Below, piece by piece: positions 48,136 through 58,951 of a DNA stretch of 64,000 nt; positions within the stretch are counted from its first letter, which is position 1; every line of letters starts with the position of its first letter. Source of the DNA: Candidatus Thorarchaeota archaeon (GTDB lineage Archaea > Asgardarchaeota > Thorarchaeia > Thorarchaeales > Thorarchaeaceae). Location: contig JBHLQH010000003.1 in assembly GCA_048884965.1 (NCBI GenBank), positions 35,304 through 99,303 on the forward strand, given 5' to 3'. Both the position numbers and the translations under genes were made by a program. The notes beneath the pieces were generated by a model that did no database searches, was not told where the DNA came from, and saw only the letters and a list, made by a program, of their open reading frames with translations.

Positions 48136-49158
48136 ATGAAACCATCAGAAATCTTGGTGTTGGGTGCAACTGGATATGTAGGATCACGACTTGTACACTC
48201 TTTGATAGATAGTGGCTATTCAGTACGAGCATCCTACCGCACTGAGGAAAAAGCAAGACAGTGCACCTGGTTTGGGCTTGAAGGGGTTACATCCGTTAAA
48301 GCCGATGTACTGGAATACGAATCACTTCTGGAGGTATCTCGGGATATAGATGTCATCTATTATCTAATACATTCGATGTATGGAAGTGGCAATTTTGTAC
48401 AAACAGATCGAAGAGCAGCAAGGAACACGGCTTCTGTGGCAAAGCATAATGGCGTGCAACGAATTGTGTACCTTGGTGGGTTAGGTGAGGAGAGCGGCAA
48501 GCTAAGCAAGCATCTGAAATCGAGGATTGAGGTGCGGGACATCTTGGAAACGAGTGAAATACCTGTCACTACGTTGAGAGCGGCAATGATTGTGGGGTCT
48601 GGAAGCGCATCATTCGAGATAATGCGTTATCTTGTAGATAGACTTCCTGTCATGACCACGCCGAGGTGGGTTCGTACTCTTAGTCAACCCATTGCAATTA
48701 GCAATGTACTACAATATCTTGTTGGTGCTCTTGAAGAATCACGTACGATAGGAAAGGTTCTTGACATTGGCGGCCCTCAAATACTACGATATCACGATCT
48801 CATGACAACCTATGCTGAAGAAGCCGGACTAATCAGACGACTGATTATCCCTCTTCCTATCTTATCTCCACAGCTTTCCTCTTATTGGGTGGACTTGGTA
48901 ACGCCAATCCCTGCTTCCATCGCTCGACCCTTGGTTGAGGGTCTACAGAATGAAACCATTTGTACCAATACTGATATCCTAGGAATGATACCACTTGACT
49001 TGTTGTCTATACGTGATGCCATTAGACTTGCACTCAGTCAACGGATGCACCTCTCCTCTAAGAAGTTCATCCCGGAATGGACACAGCCAAATGACCCTCC
49101 ATGGAGTGGTTCCAAACAACAGCTCCTTCCAATTCACTTTCCACTTCTTCGTCTGTAG
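48136..49158 (+). CDS. Atypical SDR / NAD(P)H-binding protein (YbjT-like)
   Basis: GATGYVG, YYLIHSM, HLKSR, LRAAMIVGSGSASFE. Confidence 0.88.
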   Translation: MKPSEILVLGATGYVGSRLVHSLIDSGYSVRASYRTEEKARQCTWFGLEGVTSVKADVLEYESLLEVSRDIDVIYYLIHSMYGSGNFVQTDRRAARNTASVAKHNGVQRIVYLGGLGEESGKLSKHLKSRIEVRDILETSEIPVTTLRAAMIVGSGSASFEIMRYLVDRLPVMTTPRWVRTLSQPIAISNVLQYLVGALEESRTIGKVLDIGGPQILRYHDLMTTYAEEAGLIRRLIIPLPILSPQLSSYWVDLVTPIPASIARPLVEGLQNETICTNTDILGMIPLDLLSIRDAIRLALSQRMHLSSKKFIPEWTQPNDPPWSGSKQQLLPIHFPLLRL

Positions 49159-49176
49159 AGCATTCAGCTAGCTCAC

Positions 49177-50382
49177 TTAGAAGAATATATTCATACATGC
49201 TACCCCTCGCGAAACGGGGTTGCCCAAGGGGTAGGGTAGCTTCTCAATCACATTTATCGTCAGGTCGTGTACAAAGAACCTCCCTTTCTTCGCTACTTCC
49301 TCTCCTTTGAGATAGCCACTCAGCTTGAGAAGGTTCGCTACGGTTCTGATACTAAAAGGCATCGTCTTGAGGAAGTCCTTACTCATACGTAGATCATAGA
49401 GATTGTGTGCAAACCGTCGCCAATTGTCAAATCCGTCATCAAAACTGATCTTGAAGCCATAGCATTTTCCTTCACCAATATGTTTGAGATAGTCATCCAA
49501 AGGTGGATTAACGATTTGCAAATTACCAACCTTACTGAACGCTGAAGGTCCGAATCCCTGATAGTCATCTGGATGCTCCTTAGGAGCCTTCTTTGCAAGT
49601 TCAGGTGTAGAGAATACCCATACGTTCTCTCTGATATATCCCATATCTATCAACAGATCGTTTGCGCTCTCTATCATCTCAAAGATATCCCTTGATGTGA
49701 TATCCTTGTGCATCTTTGCCCCTGGTGCCTTGGTATAGGGATATGTCGTGATTTGATCAATTCCCGTTTCAGCGATTTTCGTGATATCCAAGAGGAAGTC
49801 TGCTCGATATTGTAATGGGAGTCCTACCATCAGGTCTGCATTCACAGCAATCCCGAGATCGTGAGCATCATCGACGATCCTTTGGATGAGAGGGAGGTCC
49901 GTGCGATCACGCTCCACATGTTTCAGTGTTTCAGGTTTTAGGGTTTCAACTCCCATGCTGATTTTCGATATCTCATGTGTCTGAACAGATTCAAGGTATT
50001 TCCTTGTGAAGAAAGGAGGTTTTCCTTCCATGGCAATATCTTCACAATCAACATATTGTTCAAACGCTCCTAGAATAGAGCCAATCTCGTCAGGTGTCAG
50101 GAGATTTGGTGTTCCACCTCCGAGATACACCCATTCTACGCGACCTTCTAAATCCCTCAGCTCAATCTCTTTGAGGAGGGCTTCCATGTACATATTCTTC
50201 CTCTTCTCATCATAAAGCTCTCTGTGAAAAGGACAGAAGGCACAAAGTCGTTCACAAAAAGGGACATGCACATAGAGTCCTAGATTTGTCGTTATAACAG
50301 GCTTCCAATCAATCTCTGCGAACTCATACTTAAGTTCGCGCATACTCTTTCCAAGCATTCGTTGTGCAGTACTATTGATCAA
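49177..50382 (-). CDS. HemN-like radical SAM protein
   Basis: LYVHVPFCERLCAFC, YLGGGTP, DLMVGLP. Confidence 0.88.
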   Translation of the reverse strand: MINSTAQRMLGKSMRELKYEFAEIDWKPVITTNLGLYVHVPFCERLCAFCPFHRELYDEKRKNMYMEALLKEIELRDLEGRVEWVYLGGGTPNLLTPDEIGSILGAFEQYVDCEDIAMEGKPPFFTRKYLESVQTHEISKISMGVETLKPETLKHVERDRTDLPLIQRIVDDAHDLGIAVNADLMVGLPLQYRADFLLDITKIAETGIDQITTYPYTKAPGAKMHKDITSRDIFEMIESANDLLIDMGYIRENVWVFSTPELAKKAPKEHPDDYQGFGPSAFSKVGNLQIVNPPLDDYLKHIGEGKCYGFKISFDDGFDNWRRFAHNLYDLRMSKDFLKTMPFSIRTVANLLKLSGYLKGEEVAKKGRFFVHDLTINVIEKLPYPLGNPVSRGVACMNIFF

Positions 50383-50398
50383 GTGTTTGACCTCTATC

Positions 50399-52159
50399 TT
50401 AAGATAGCCCTCGTTTCTTCAGTTCTGCCTCTCTTAGTTCTCGCCTTAGTACTTTGCCAACGTTACTAAGTGGAAGCTCGGATACAAACTCAACTTCCTT
50501 TGGCCGTTTGTACCCTGCCATTCGAGACCTGCACCACTCGATGATTTCTTCTTGGGTAGCAGTTTCTCCGTCCTTTAGGATGATATACGCTTTAGGATAC
50601 TCATTGGACGGGTCATCAGTTCTGGGTAGTCCGACGACGGCTGCATTCTTTACCTTTGGATTCTCGAATAGCACGTCCTCTATTTCTCTTGGATATGCCT
50701 TGAGCCCTCCGACATTGATCATCTGCTTCTTGCGGTCACTGATGTACGTGTAGCCAAGACCATCAATATGTCCAATGTCCCCTGTCAGGAAATACCGTTT
50801 ACCGTCAATCTCCCGCATTACATGCTTGGTCTCCTCAGGTTGATTATAGTAGCCTTTCATTACTTGAGGGCCGTGGATGGCTATCTCTCCCACCTCTCCA
50901 ATTGGCAGCTCCTTTGTCCCAGTTTCTGGATCAAGGATTTTGCAGATCGTATCAGCAACAGGTAGTCCAATCGACCCGAATTTTCTGAACTTTCTGTTCG
51001 TGGGATTGATATGTGTAACAGGAGAGGTCTCTGTAAGTCCGTATCCTTCGAAGAGCAATGCTCCGGTCACAGCCTCAAAGCTCTTGGCCAATTCGGGCGG
51101 AAGCGGAGCTGCGCCAGAGCTGCAAATAGATATCGACGAGAGGTCGTAGTTCTTCACCTGTGGGTGATTAGCTATGCCTGCGTAGAGTGCAGGGACACAG
51201 TTCAAGACAGTACCCTTGCTCTTCGCTAAATCTGACAATAGATCAGAAAGAGGTGGGTTGCCTGCTCTTGGATCAGGAACGCATACCAGTTTTCCTGCGT
51301 ACCATACCGACATGAGGAGCGTCAGAGTCAATCCATAGCTATGGTACCACGGCACAGCCCCTACAAACACCTCCTCACCATAGCGGACGCCACCTGATGG
51401 TCGTGGAGCTGCATCATTTGCTTCTAGGTATACCCAATCTCCTATCTGAAGGACATTCGATATCAGGTTCATATGGGTGAGCTCTGCGCCTTTTGGCGTT
51501 CCCGTTGTTCCCCCTGTATATATGAGAATGGCTGTATCATCGGGATCCACACTTGGGAAGGTTTTCTCTGGAGTATACTCTGACATAATCCGATGGTAAT
51601 GGAAGGTCTTATCACCCTCATAGTATGGACTCTTCGGGATTTTCCCTAAGAGCCCTCCGATCATTGCCTTCGCCTTTGGGATGAAGGGTTTGAGGCTGCA
51701 CACGACTACCGTTTCAACATCAGTGTCCTTGATAGCTTCGTAGCATGTTGGAGTAAAGGTTGGATGGTCAAGGACAAAGACGACTGTTGCTTTTGTGTCT
51801 TTCAGCTGGTGATTCAGCTCCGCTGCCTTATACAACGGATTGCATGTGACAACCTTCGCTCCTGCTTTCAGAGTACCGAAGAATATTGCTGGAAAATGAG
51901 GTACATTTGGTAGGAAGATTGCTACCATTCCATCCTCCTTCACACCTCTGGTTCTCAGGAAGCTTGCTATTCTATCAGCATCCTCTCTCACTTCAGTGAA
52001 GGTTCGTGTTTGACCCATGAACCAAGTGAATGGGAGGTTCCCGCTCTTTTCCGCAGCTCTATCGAGCATGGCAAATAGAGGCTCACGGGGATATTCAATC
52101 GACTTTGCAGCATTCTTTGGCCAAGCTGCTCCATCCTGCCAGAATAGATCACCCAACAT
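50399..52159 (-). CDS. Long-chain acyl-CoA ligase (FadD-like)
   Basis: YTGGTTGTPKG, EGYGLTE, TGDIG, GKVLRR. Confidence 0.93.
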   Translation of the reverse strand: MLGDLFWQDGAAWPKNAAKSIEYPREPLFAMLDRAAEKSGNLPFTWFMGQTRTFTEVREDADRIASFLRTRGVKEDGMVAIFLPNVPHFPAIFFGTLKAGAKVVTCNPLYKAAELNHQLKDTKATVVFVLDHPTFTPTCYEAIKDTDVETVVVCSLKPFIPKAKAMIGGLLGKIPKSPYYEGDKTFHYHRIMSEYTPEKTFPSVDPDDTAILIYTGGTTGTPKGAELTHMNLISNVLQIGDWVYLEANDAAPRPSGGVRYGEEVFVGAVPWYHSYGLTLTLLMSVWYAGKLVCVPDPRAGNPPLSDLLSDLAKSKGTVLNCVPALYAGIANHPQVKNYDLSSISICSSGAAPLPPELAKSFEAVTGALLFEGYGLTETSPVTHINPTNRKFRKFGSIGLPVADTICKILDPETGTKELPIGEVGEIAIHGPQVMKGYYNQPEETKHVMREIDGKRYFLTGDIGHIDGLGYTYISDRKKQMINVGGLKAYPREIEDVLFENPKVKNAAVVGLPRTDDPSNEYPKAYIILKDGETATQEEIIEWCRSRMAGYKRPKEVEFVSELPLSNVGKVLRRELREAELKKRGLS

Positions 52160-52229
52160 ATATCATCTCCAGAAAATAAACGACAAATGCTAGTTCCTAC
52201 TTATTGTAACCAAGCTTCTTAATTCTTGG

Positions 52230-52267
52230 GGAAAAAAGAAAAGATGGAAGAGCCTATCGCTCTTCCA
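52230..52267 (-). terminator. Hairpin plus T tract between the two ligase genes
   Basis: Perfect 9-bp stem TGGAAGAGC/GCTCTTCCA, then TCTTTTCTTTTTT. Confidence 0.7.
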
Positions 52268-52278
52268 AGTAATATCCA

Positions 52279-54024
52279 CTACTTGCCTCTCTTCTTGAGT
52301 TCGGCATCACGAAGTTCTCGTCGTAGCACTTTTCCGACCTGACTGAGCGGCAACGAGCTTACAAATTCGACTTCCTTGGGTCGCTTGTACCCTGCCATCT
52401 TGTCCCTTGCCCACTCGATGAACTCCTCTTCTGTTGCGCTTTCGCCCTCTTTGAGAACGATGTAGGTTTTCACGTATTCATTGGTTGGATCATCTTCTCT
52501 GGGAAGTCCTATGACTGCCGCCATCTGGACCTTCGGATGGGTATAGAAGATATCTTCAATCTCACGTGGATATGCCTTCAGTCCGCCTACGTTCACCATA
52601 TCCTTCTTCCTATCGGAGATGACGAAGTAGCCTTCCTCGTCCATATGCCCAATGTCCCCGGTGAGGAAGAATCGCTTTCCATTAATAGTACGCATTACTT
52701 CATCTGTTTCTTTGGGCTTGTTATAGTAGCCCATCATCACCTGTGGACCGTGGATCGCAATCTCGCCGGTTTCACCTTGATTAAGGACTTTGGTACCAGT
52801 TTCCAAATCCACGATGAATGCTATGGTATTGGGAACAGGCTTACCGATAGAACCAAACTTCCTATCCTTCTTTGTAGTAGGATTGATGTGTGTGACTGGC
52901 GAGGTTTCGCTCAAGCCATACCCCTCAAAGAGGATAGCCCCAGTAACGGCTTCAAAGCCCTTGGCAAGCTCTGGAGGAAGTGGAGCAGCTCCTGAGCTGC
53001 AGATCTTTACCGAGCTCAAATCATGTTTTGAAACATTGGGATGGTTAACGACTCCTGCATATAGAGCTGGGACACAGTTGAAGATAGTTCCCCTATTATG
53101 GTCAAGCTCCTTTAGCAATACCGCGAGTGGTGGTTTTCCAGCACGGGGATCGGGTATACAGACTAGTTTACAGGATAGCTCTGTAGCCATCAGCATCGTG
53201 AGTGTAAGTCCATAGCTATGATACCACGGAAGGGCTCCTACGAAAACCTCCGTTTCTCGTTGAATCTTCTTAGGCGCATCAATATCATCTGGTGAGAGGG
53301 TCACCCACTCATAGACTTGATGTACATTCGCAACAAGATTCGAGTGCATGAGTGCAGCACCCTTGGGTGTGCCAGTGGTTCCTCCAGTATATAGGATAAG
53401 GGCTAACTCATCAGGATCGATGTCAACAGCTGGTGCTTTTGGTTCATAGTTATCGACGATATCGTCATAGAAGAATGTAACACCTTCCTTGTAATAGGGG
53501 CTTTTTGGTATCTTACCAAGGAGGCCTCCGATGACAGCTTTTGCCTTTGGCAAGAAGCGTTTCACCCCGCATACGATCACGGTTTTGACATTTGTTCCCT
53601 CAATTGCCTCATATGCGACAGGTGTAAAGGACGGATGGTCCATTACAAAGACTGCCATGGCCCCAGAATCTTTCAACTGATGGTTCAGCTCGCCCGCCTT
53701 ATATGCAGGATTGCAAGTGACAGTTGTTGCACCTGCCTTCAACGAACCAAAGAATACAGGGGGATAATGTGGCAAGTTCGGCAGGAAAATAGCAACCTTG
53801 TCACCCTTCTTGATTCCTCTACTCGCCAGGAAATTGGCGACTCGATTCGCATCATCTCGCACCTCACCGAATGTCCATGACTGTCCATCATAAACAGTGT
53901 AGGGGTTGTTCGGCGTTTTATCAGCAGCTCTGTCTAGCATCGCAAAGAGGGGCTCTTTTGGAATGTCAATTTCCTTCTTGACATCCTCTGGCCATCTATG
54001 CTTATGCCAAAGATACTCTTCCAT
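52279..54024 (-). CDS. Long-chain acyl-CoA ligase, tandem paralog
   Basis: Same motifs; start MEEYLW after GGAGTG. Confidence 0.93.
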   Translation of the reverse strand: MEEYLWHKHRWPEDVKKEIDIPKEPLFAMLDRAADKTPNNPYTVYDGQSWTFGEVRDDANRVANFLASRGIKKGDKVAIFLPNLPHYPPVFFGSLKAGATTVTCNPAYKAGELNHQLKDSGAMAVFVMDHPSFTPVAYEAIEGTNVKTVIVCGVKRFLPKAKAVIGGLLGKIPKSPYYKEGVTFFYDDIVDNYEPKAPAVDIDPDELALILYTGGTTGTPKGAALMHSNLVANVHQVYEWVTLSPDDIDAPKKIQRETEVFVGALPWYHSYGLTLTMLMATELSCKLVCIPDPRAGKPPLAVLLKELDHNRGTIFNCVPALYAGVVNHPNVSKHDLSSVKICSSGAAPLPPELAKGFEAVTGAILFEGYGLSETSPVTHINPTTKKDRKFGSIGKPVPNTIAFIVDLETGTKVLNQGETGEIAIHGPQVMMGYYNKPKETDEVMRTINGKRFFLTGDIGHMDEEGYFVISDRKKDMVNVGGLKAYPREIEDIFYTHPKVQMAAVIGLPREDDPTNEYVKTYIVLKEGESATEEEFIEWARDKMAGYKRPKEVEFVSSLPLSQVGKVLRRELRDAELKKRGK

Positions 54025-54231
54025 TTTTCTCACTCCATTGCTCTCGCGTTTTTTTTCAGTACAAGTTTTTGCTTGCACAATAGCTCTCAGATATGTATTC
54101 CAGCTAGATATGTCCTTCTACAGCCAAGAAAACACTCAGGAATGCTGATTTGACGACAAACTCTATCCAACACAAGAGATAAGACGGCGAAGATAGAGTG
54201 AACAACGATATACATAAGGTGGAATGAACGC

Positions 54232-55431
54232 TTGAGTCACGGAGAGGCCATTGATAGCTCTACAGAACGATTACGCACTTTGAACGAGAGAGGTGGTATC
54301 ATTGTCGGATACCTATATCCGCATACCCCCATTGAGCTGATCCTAGCACATGGACTAACTCCATCTCTGATACGAGTCAGCCCGATTGTATCCTCAGGAT
54401 TCGAAGATAGTCTACAGACCTTTTCCTGTGCCTTCAGTAGGAATATCTTCTCACAACGAGCGCGAGGTGGGTTCGTCGAGTTTGATGGCTTTTTATTCCC
54501 AGGAAATACCTGTGACGCACTACAGAACGTAGGTGATGTCTGGAAACAACGTTTTCCAAAAGACAAGGTCTTCAGATTGACATATCCTGTGTCATCCTAC
54601 TCCGCTGGTTCAATCGATTTCTTTACAGAGGAACTAAAGATATTGAGCGCTGCAATAGCAGAGATTTATGGAAAGCCTTTCTCTCCGACAGACTATGCAG
54701 CAGCTGTTTCACTAGTCAATGATTTCAGACACGCAGCTCAATTTCTTTATGCTAGCAGGATAATCAATCCAGCTACAATTTCCTATTCCGACCTAGTGGA
54801 ATTGGTCACACACTTTCTGATAGCACCAGAACAGCAGGTCCTAGACGATGCTGATGAGAGGGTGGCAGCTGCTGAGAGCATTTTGAAAGAGCACGACCAG
54901 GTCGCGCTTACTGAGAATCTCATGAGAGGCCTAATTGCCAGCAATCTGACTGACATCTCTCTTGAGAAGGCAATTACAGGTCCTCGTCTTCTAGTGGTAG
55001 GCGGGATGGTCGACCCGCAGAATCTAGCCGGACTCTTTGCAGGATTGGAGAACAGCTCCGATGATGTTGTAGGACTTGACCTTCTTAGCTTCAGTTTCAA
55101 ATCGGTATTTACTCCAGAGGTTGGTCCAAAAGGAGACCCCTTCAGGTCCATGGCAGAATCCATACTTCGTGCTCCTGCAGAACCAACTCAAGAAGGCCTG
55201 ACCCAAAGGACAACTTATCTCAAGGAGTTGATGCGGTCGATCCCGTTCGATGGATTAGTCGTCTGCGAGCAATCCTTCTGTGATCCTGATGAGTTTGAAA
55301 CACCGTCTCTCCTTCGAGCTGCCGATGACGTTGGAATACCTTCATTGCGGCTACCAATAGATCCCGAAATATCAGACCGCGGCCGTCTCGTTGGACGTCT
55401 TCAGACATTCCTTGAAACATTGGAGGGATAA
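54232..55431 (+). CDS. 2-hydroxyacyl-CoA dehydratase / benzoyl-CoA reductase family subunit (BcrC/HgdB-like)
   Basis: PIELILAHG, LQTFSC, NTCDALQ, FCDPDEFE. Confidence 0.85.
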   Translation: MSHGEAIDSSTERLRTLNERGGIIVGYLYPHTPIELILAHGLTPSLIRVSPIVSSGFEDSLQTFSCAFSRNIFSQRARGGFVEFDGFLFPGNTCDALQNVGDVWKQRFPKDKVFRLTYPVSSYSAGSIDFFTEELKILSAAIAEIYGKPFSPTDYAAAVSLVNDFRHAAQFLYASRIINPATISYSDLVELVTHFLIAPEQQVLDDADERVAAAESILKEHDQVALTENLMRGLIASNLTDISLEKAITGPRLLVVGGMVDPQNLAGLFAGLENSSDDVVGLDLLSFSFKSVFTPEVGPKGDPFRSMAESILRAPAEPTQEGLTQRTTYLKELMRSIPFDGLVVCEQSFCDPDEFETPSLLRAADDVGIPSLRLPIDPEISDRGRLVGRLQTFLETLEG

Positions 55432-55434
55432 TAG

Positions 55435-56640
55435 ATGAGTGAAGAGAAAGCATATCGACGACTTGAGACTTCTAAACAGCTCCAGCAGTTGTCCTTTAGA
55501 CACATGTTAGAGGCGCACGCTGCTAGTGAAGAAGGAAGATTGGCATGGGTCACTTCTGGATTCCCCGTAGAGATACCAGCTGCTATGGATGTGGGAGTAG
55601 TCTATCCAGAACAATACGCTGCTATTGTAGGTGCTCAAAAGGTCGGTCCAATCATTTGTGGATACGCTGAAGATTATGGCTATTCAAATGAGCTCTGTTC
55701 CTATGCAAGAGCAAGTATCGGTGCTGCATTGAAACCAGGCGAAAGTCCCCTCGAAGGTCTTCCCAAACCTCAGGCATTGCTTGCCTGTAATAATATCTGT
55801 GGCACAGTCCTACGATGGTACGACGCAGTCTCCGAAATTACTGGAGCTCCTGTATATCTATTTGATACACCTCCAATAGACACTGAGCAGAAGCCACATC
55901 ACATTGCATATGTTCGCCAAGGCGTTCATAATCTGGTTGATTTCCTTGCAAACACCTTCAAAGTCGAGATGAGAGAAGAGCGTCTTCGTGAGGTCGCCAG
56001 ACTGTCAAGCGAGGCTATTCGTCTATGGACCAAATCGCTTGAGGCTTGTAAGAACAAGCCCACACCACTCAATTGCGCTGATAGGTTCTTGACCATGGCA
56101 CCAGTTGTTAGCAGCCGAGGCAAGGACTATTGCGTCGAGTTCTACCAAGCTCTCTATGATGAAGTGCAGGGTCGGGTCAACGAAGGAATCGGGGCAATTA
56201 GAGAGGAGAAGATCCGTTTGCTCTGGGACAATATCCCTCCTTGGTTTCAAATCTTCAATTTCTTCAATAGCTTGGCTCAAAAAGGGGTGTCGTTCCCTGC
56301 TGATACGTATACTCATGCATGGTCGGGCGAGATAGCTGGAGATGACCTCTATGACAGTGTCACACAGATCTATAGTAATGTCTACTTGAATATGGGTCTA
56401 GAGGCCAAAGCTGACAAGATGGTACAATTGATCAATGACTACAATCTTGATGGATTCATCATGTTCTCAGTACGTTCCTGTAAGAGATATTCTCTTGGTC
56501 AAATGGTCACACGTGAACTGGTCACTGAGCGAACTGGTGTGCCTGGAACGATAATTGAAGGGGACATGGTTGACAGTCGTTTGTTCAATGACGCTCAAAT
56601 TCAGACCAGAGTGGAAGCCCTTCTTGAGATGTTCGTGTGA
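55435..56640 (+). CDS. 2-hydroxyacyl-CoA dehydratase / benzoyl-CoA reductase family subunit (BcrB/HgdA-like)
   Basis: YPE, ELCSYAR, CNNICGTV, RSCK, EGDMVDSR. Confidence 0.88.
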   Translation: MSEEKAYRRLETSKQLQQLSFRHMLEAHAASEEGRLAWVTSGFPVEIPAAMDVGVVYPEQYAAIVGAQKVGPIICGYAEDYGYSNELCSYARASIGAALKPGESPLEGLPKPQALLACNNICGTVLRWYDAVSEITGAPVYLFDTPPIDTEQKPHHIAYVRQGVHNLVDFLANTFKVEMREERLREVARLSSEAIRLWTKSLEACKNKPTPLNCADRFLTMAPVVSSRGKDYCVEFYQALYDEVQGRVNEGIGAIREEKIRLLWDNIPPWFQIFNFFNSLAQKGVSFPADTYTHAWSGEIAGDDLYDSVTQIYSNVYLNMGLEAKADKMVQLINDYNLDGFIMFSVRSCKRYSLGQMVTRELVTERTGVPGTIIEGDMVDSRLFNDAQIQTRVEALLEMFV

Positions 56641-56651
56641 GGGATGTTACC

Positions 56652-57428
56652 ATGGTGTCCGATTTTGGTGTTGGAGTTGATGTTGGCTCTACCACAACAA
56701 AGGCTGTCATGGTAGACCATAGTGGAAAGGTTATCGCGTCACATCTCATGATGACCGGTGGTACTGCTGCAAATTCAGCATCAAAGTGTGTTGAAGAGAT
56801 AACCCGTAAGGCTTCAGTTAGTCCGTCTGATATCTCGATTGTGAGTACAGGATATGGTCGCGCACAGGTAGATGGGGCAACTCAAAGGATTACTGAGATT
56901 ACCTGTCACAGCATTGGAGTCTATCATTTGAATCCCCAAATCGCATTCTTAATCGATGTAGGTGGGCAGGATTCAAAGGTGATTAGGATTGGAAAAAATG
57001 GGCGCCCACAAGACTTTGAGATCAATGACAAATGCAGTGCAGGCACAGGGAGATTCCTAGAAGTGATGTCCCGAGTGCTTGAAAAATCGCTTTCTGAGCT
57101 CAGTTCTCTGGCCTTAGAGTCTACATCACCTTCTACAATCAGTAGCACATGTACTGTCTTTGCTGAAAGCGAAGTCATTGGCAGAATAGGCTCGGGTGAT
57201 TCGGTCCAAGATATCGCCGCAGGCATTCATCTCTCGATGGCATCCAAGATTGCGACACTATCTCGTAGGGTTGGTGTCATAGAGCCAGTTTGTGTGACTG
57301 GAGGAGTAGCCTTGAATCCAGCGTTCAGATTCTATCTTTCGAAACAGCTCGGTTTCGAACTGTGGGTTCCCTCCGAACCTCAGCTTACTGGAGCTCTTGG
57401 CGCTGCGGTTCTAGCATTGCAAGACTAA
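56652..57428 (+). CDS. ATP-dependent activase (HgdC/BcrA/BcrD, ASKHA family)
   Basis: GVDVGSTTTK, TGYGR, DVGGQDSK, NDKCSAGTGRF, STCTVFAESE. Confidence 0.93.
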   Translation: MVSDFGVGVDVGSTTTKAVMVDHSGKVIASHLMMTGGTAANSASKCVEEITRKASVSPSDISIVSTGYGRAQVDGATQRITEITCHSIGVYHLNPQIAFLIDVGGQDSKVIRIGKNGRPQDFEINDKCSAGTGRFLEVMSRVLEKSLSELSSLALESTSPSTISSTCTVFAESEVIGRIGSGDSVQDIAAGIHLSMASKIATLSRRVGVIEPVCVTGGVALNPAFRFYLSKQLGFELWVPSEPQLTGALGAAVLALQD

Positions 57429-57548
57429 TATCCAACTTAGGATGTACGAATCACTGCAAATTGGATTATCCGCTTGAGTTGTAGTATCTGTACTCTAGTC
57501 TAGGAAGGATTGAGTGCGAATCGAAATACGATAATAAATACAAAGAAT

Positions 57549-58103
57549 CTATTCTGCAGCCAATGCTGCTTCTCCAGCTTTGATTCCTAGGTCAAGAGCT
57601 TTGAAGTTAGTTTCAGTGAAGCGAGGCCATCTGTCTTTGATAGCTTTCTTGAGTCCGTCATGTGATACTATGCCAGTGATAGCTGCAAGCGCTCCCAACA
57701 TTACGACGTTCGTTGCCTGCTTGTTCCCGACATCCTTGTCTGCGATTCGAGTCGCTGGAACCTTGTACACCTTGACTCCTTCTGGCAGGTCTCCTTCTAT
57801 CTCAACAAGATCCTCATCAAGAATCAGTATCCCGTTTTCCTTTAGCCCCCCGATGTATTCGAGGTACGCAGCTCTACTTAGAACCACAAAGACATCTGGT
57901 TCTTCCACCTTGGGGTAGTCGACTTCCTCATCATCGACCACTATCTCACTCTTACTTGCTCCACCTCGAGCCTCTGGGCCATAGCTCTGGGTCTGGACAC
58001 ATTGCCTGCCTTCAACAAGGGAGAGAGTCTCTCCAAGCACAACAGCCATAGTGACAACGCCTTGACCACCAAAGCCTCCGATGCGAATCTCTGTTCGAGC
58101 CAT
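57549..58103 (-). CDS. korC: 2-oxoacid:ferredoxin oxidoreductase gamma subunit
   Basis: GFGGQG, QSYGPEARGG, NVVMLG. Confidence 0.9.
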   Translation of the reverse strand: MARTEIRIGGFGGQGVVTMAVVLGETLSLVEGRQCVQTQSYGPEARGGASKSEIVVDDEEVDYPKVEEPDVFVVLSRAAYLEYIGGLKENGILILDEDLVEIEGDLPEGVKVYKVPATRIADKDVGNKQATNVVMLGALAAITGIVSHDGLKKAIKDRWPRFTETNFKALDLGIKAGEAALAAE

Positions 58104-58951
58104 TATTTGCCACCTCTTGCCTTTGCATGTGCTGCACGAAGAACTGCTGTATACTCTGGTTTCTCGATATCCAAGAACTCACCGCAGATGATCTTGGAAT
58201 CATACTCAAGCTCAGCCTCATGAGGTGGGAGACCATTCTTGATCTCTGCAACTTCTAGGAGATGCTGGTGCATCTGGAGACCATCTCCAAGTCTGTTCAT
58301 TCGACCATAGGCTGTTGGGCAAGCTCCGATAATCTCGACAAATGAGAAGCCTTGCTTCTTGATGGCCTTCTGAATGGAACTTGTTGCGCGTCGTGCCTGC
58401 ACGGCTGTCCATCGGGCTACAAAGGTTGCACCGGATGAGGCTGCAAGCTTGACGAGGTTGAAGGGATGCTCAATGTTCCCTATGGGTCTGGGACTGGTCT
58501 GTGAGTATCTTTCGTGCTCAGTAGTTGGACCGAATTGACCACCTGTCATGCCATAGTTGAAGTTATTGATACATACGACCGTTATGTCGATGTTCCTCCT
58601 ACATGCGTGAATAAGGTGATTTCCACCGATAGCAGCGAGGTCACCATCTCCAGAAACAACAATCACCTCGAGCTCTGGATTGGCAATCTTTACGCCCTCT
58701 GCGAATGCAATGGCACGTCCATGTGTCGTGTGATAGGTTCCGGTCTTGAAGTAACCTGAGGTCCTGCCTGTACAACCGATCCCGCTCACAACGACTACTT
58801 TACTAAAGTCGATGCCAAGATTATCGATTGCACGAGCAATCATGTTCGTGACCACGCCAATTGAGCAACCTGGACAGTATATCCATGGTTGTCGGTCTTC
58901 GCGAATGTATTTCGCCATTGGATGTTTGAGGACGGGGGCAGACTCAGTCAT
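58103..58951 (-). CDS. korB: 2-oxoacid:ferredoxin oxidoreductase beta subunit
   Basis: YCPGC, SGIGC, HGRA, GDGD...NN, YGMTGGQ; start MTESAP. Confidence 0.92.
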   Translation of the reverse strand: MTESAPVLKHPMAKYIREDRQPWIYCPGCSIGVVTNMIARAIDNLGIDFSKVVVVSGIGCTGRTSGYFKTGTYHTTHGRAIAFAEGVKIANPELEVIVVSGDGDLAAIGGNHLIHACRRNIDITVVCINNFNYGMTGGQFGPTTEHERYSQTSPRPIGNIEHPFNLVKLAASSGATFVARWTAVQARRATSSIQKAIKKQGFSFVEIIGACPTAYGRMNRLGDGLQMHQHLLEVAEIKNGLPPHEAELEYDSKIICGEFLDIEKPEYTAVLRAAHAKARGGK

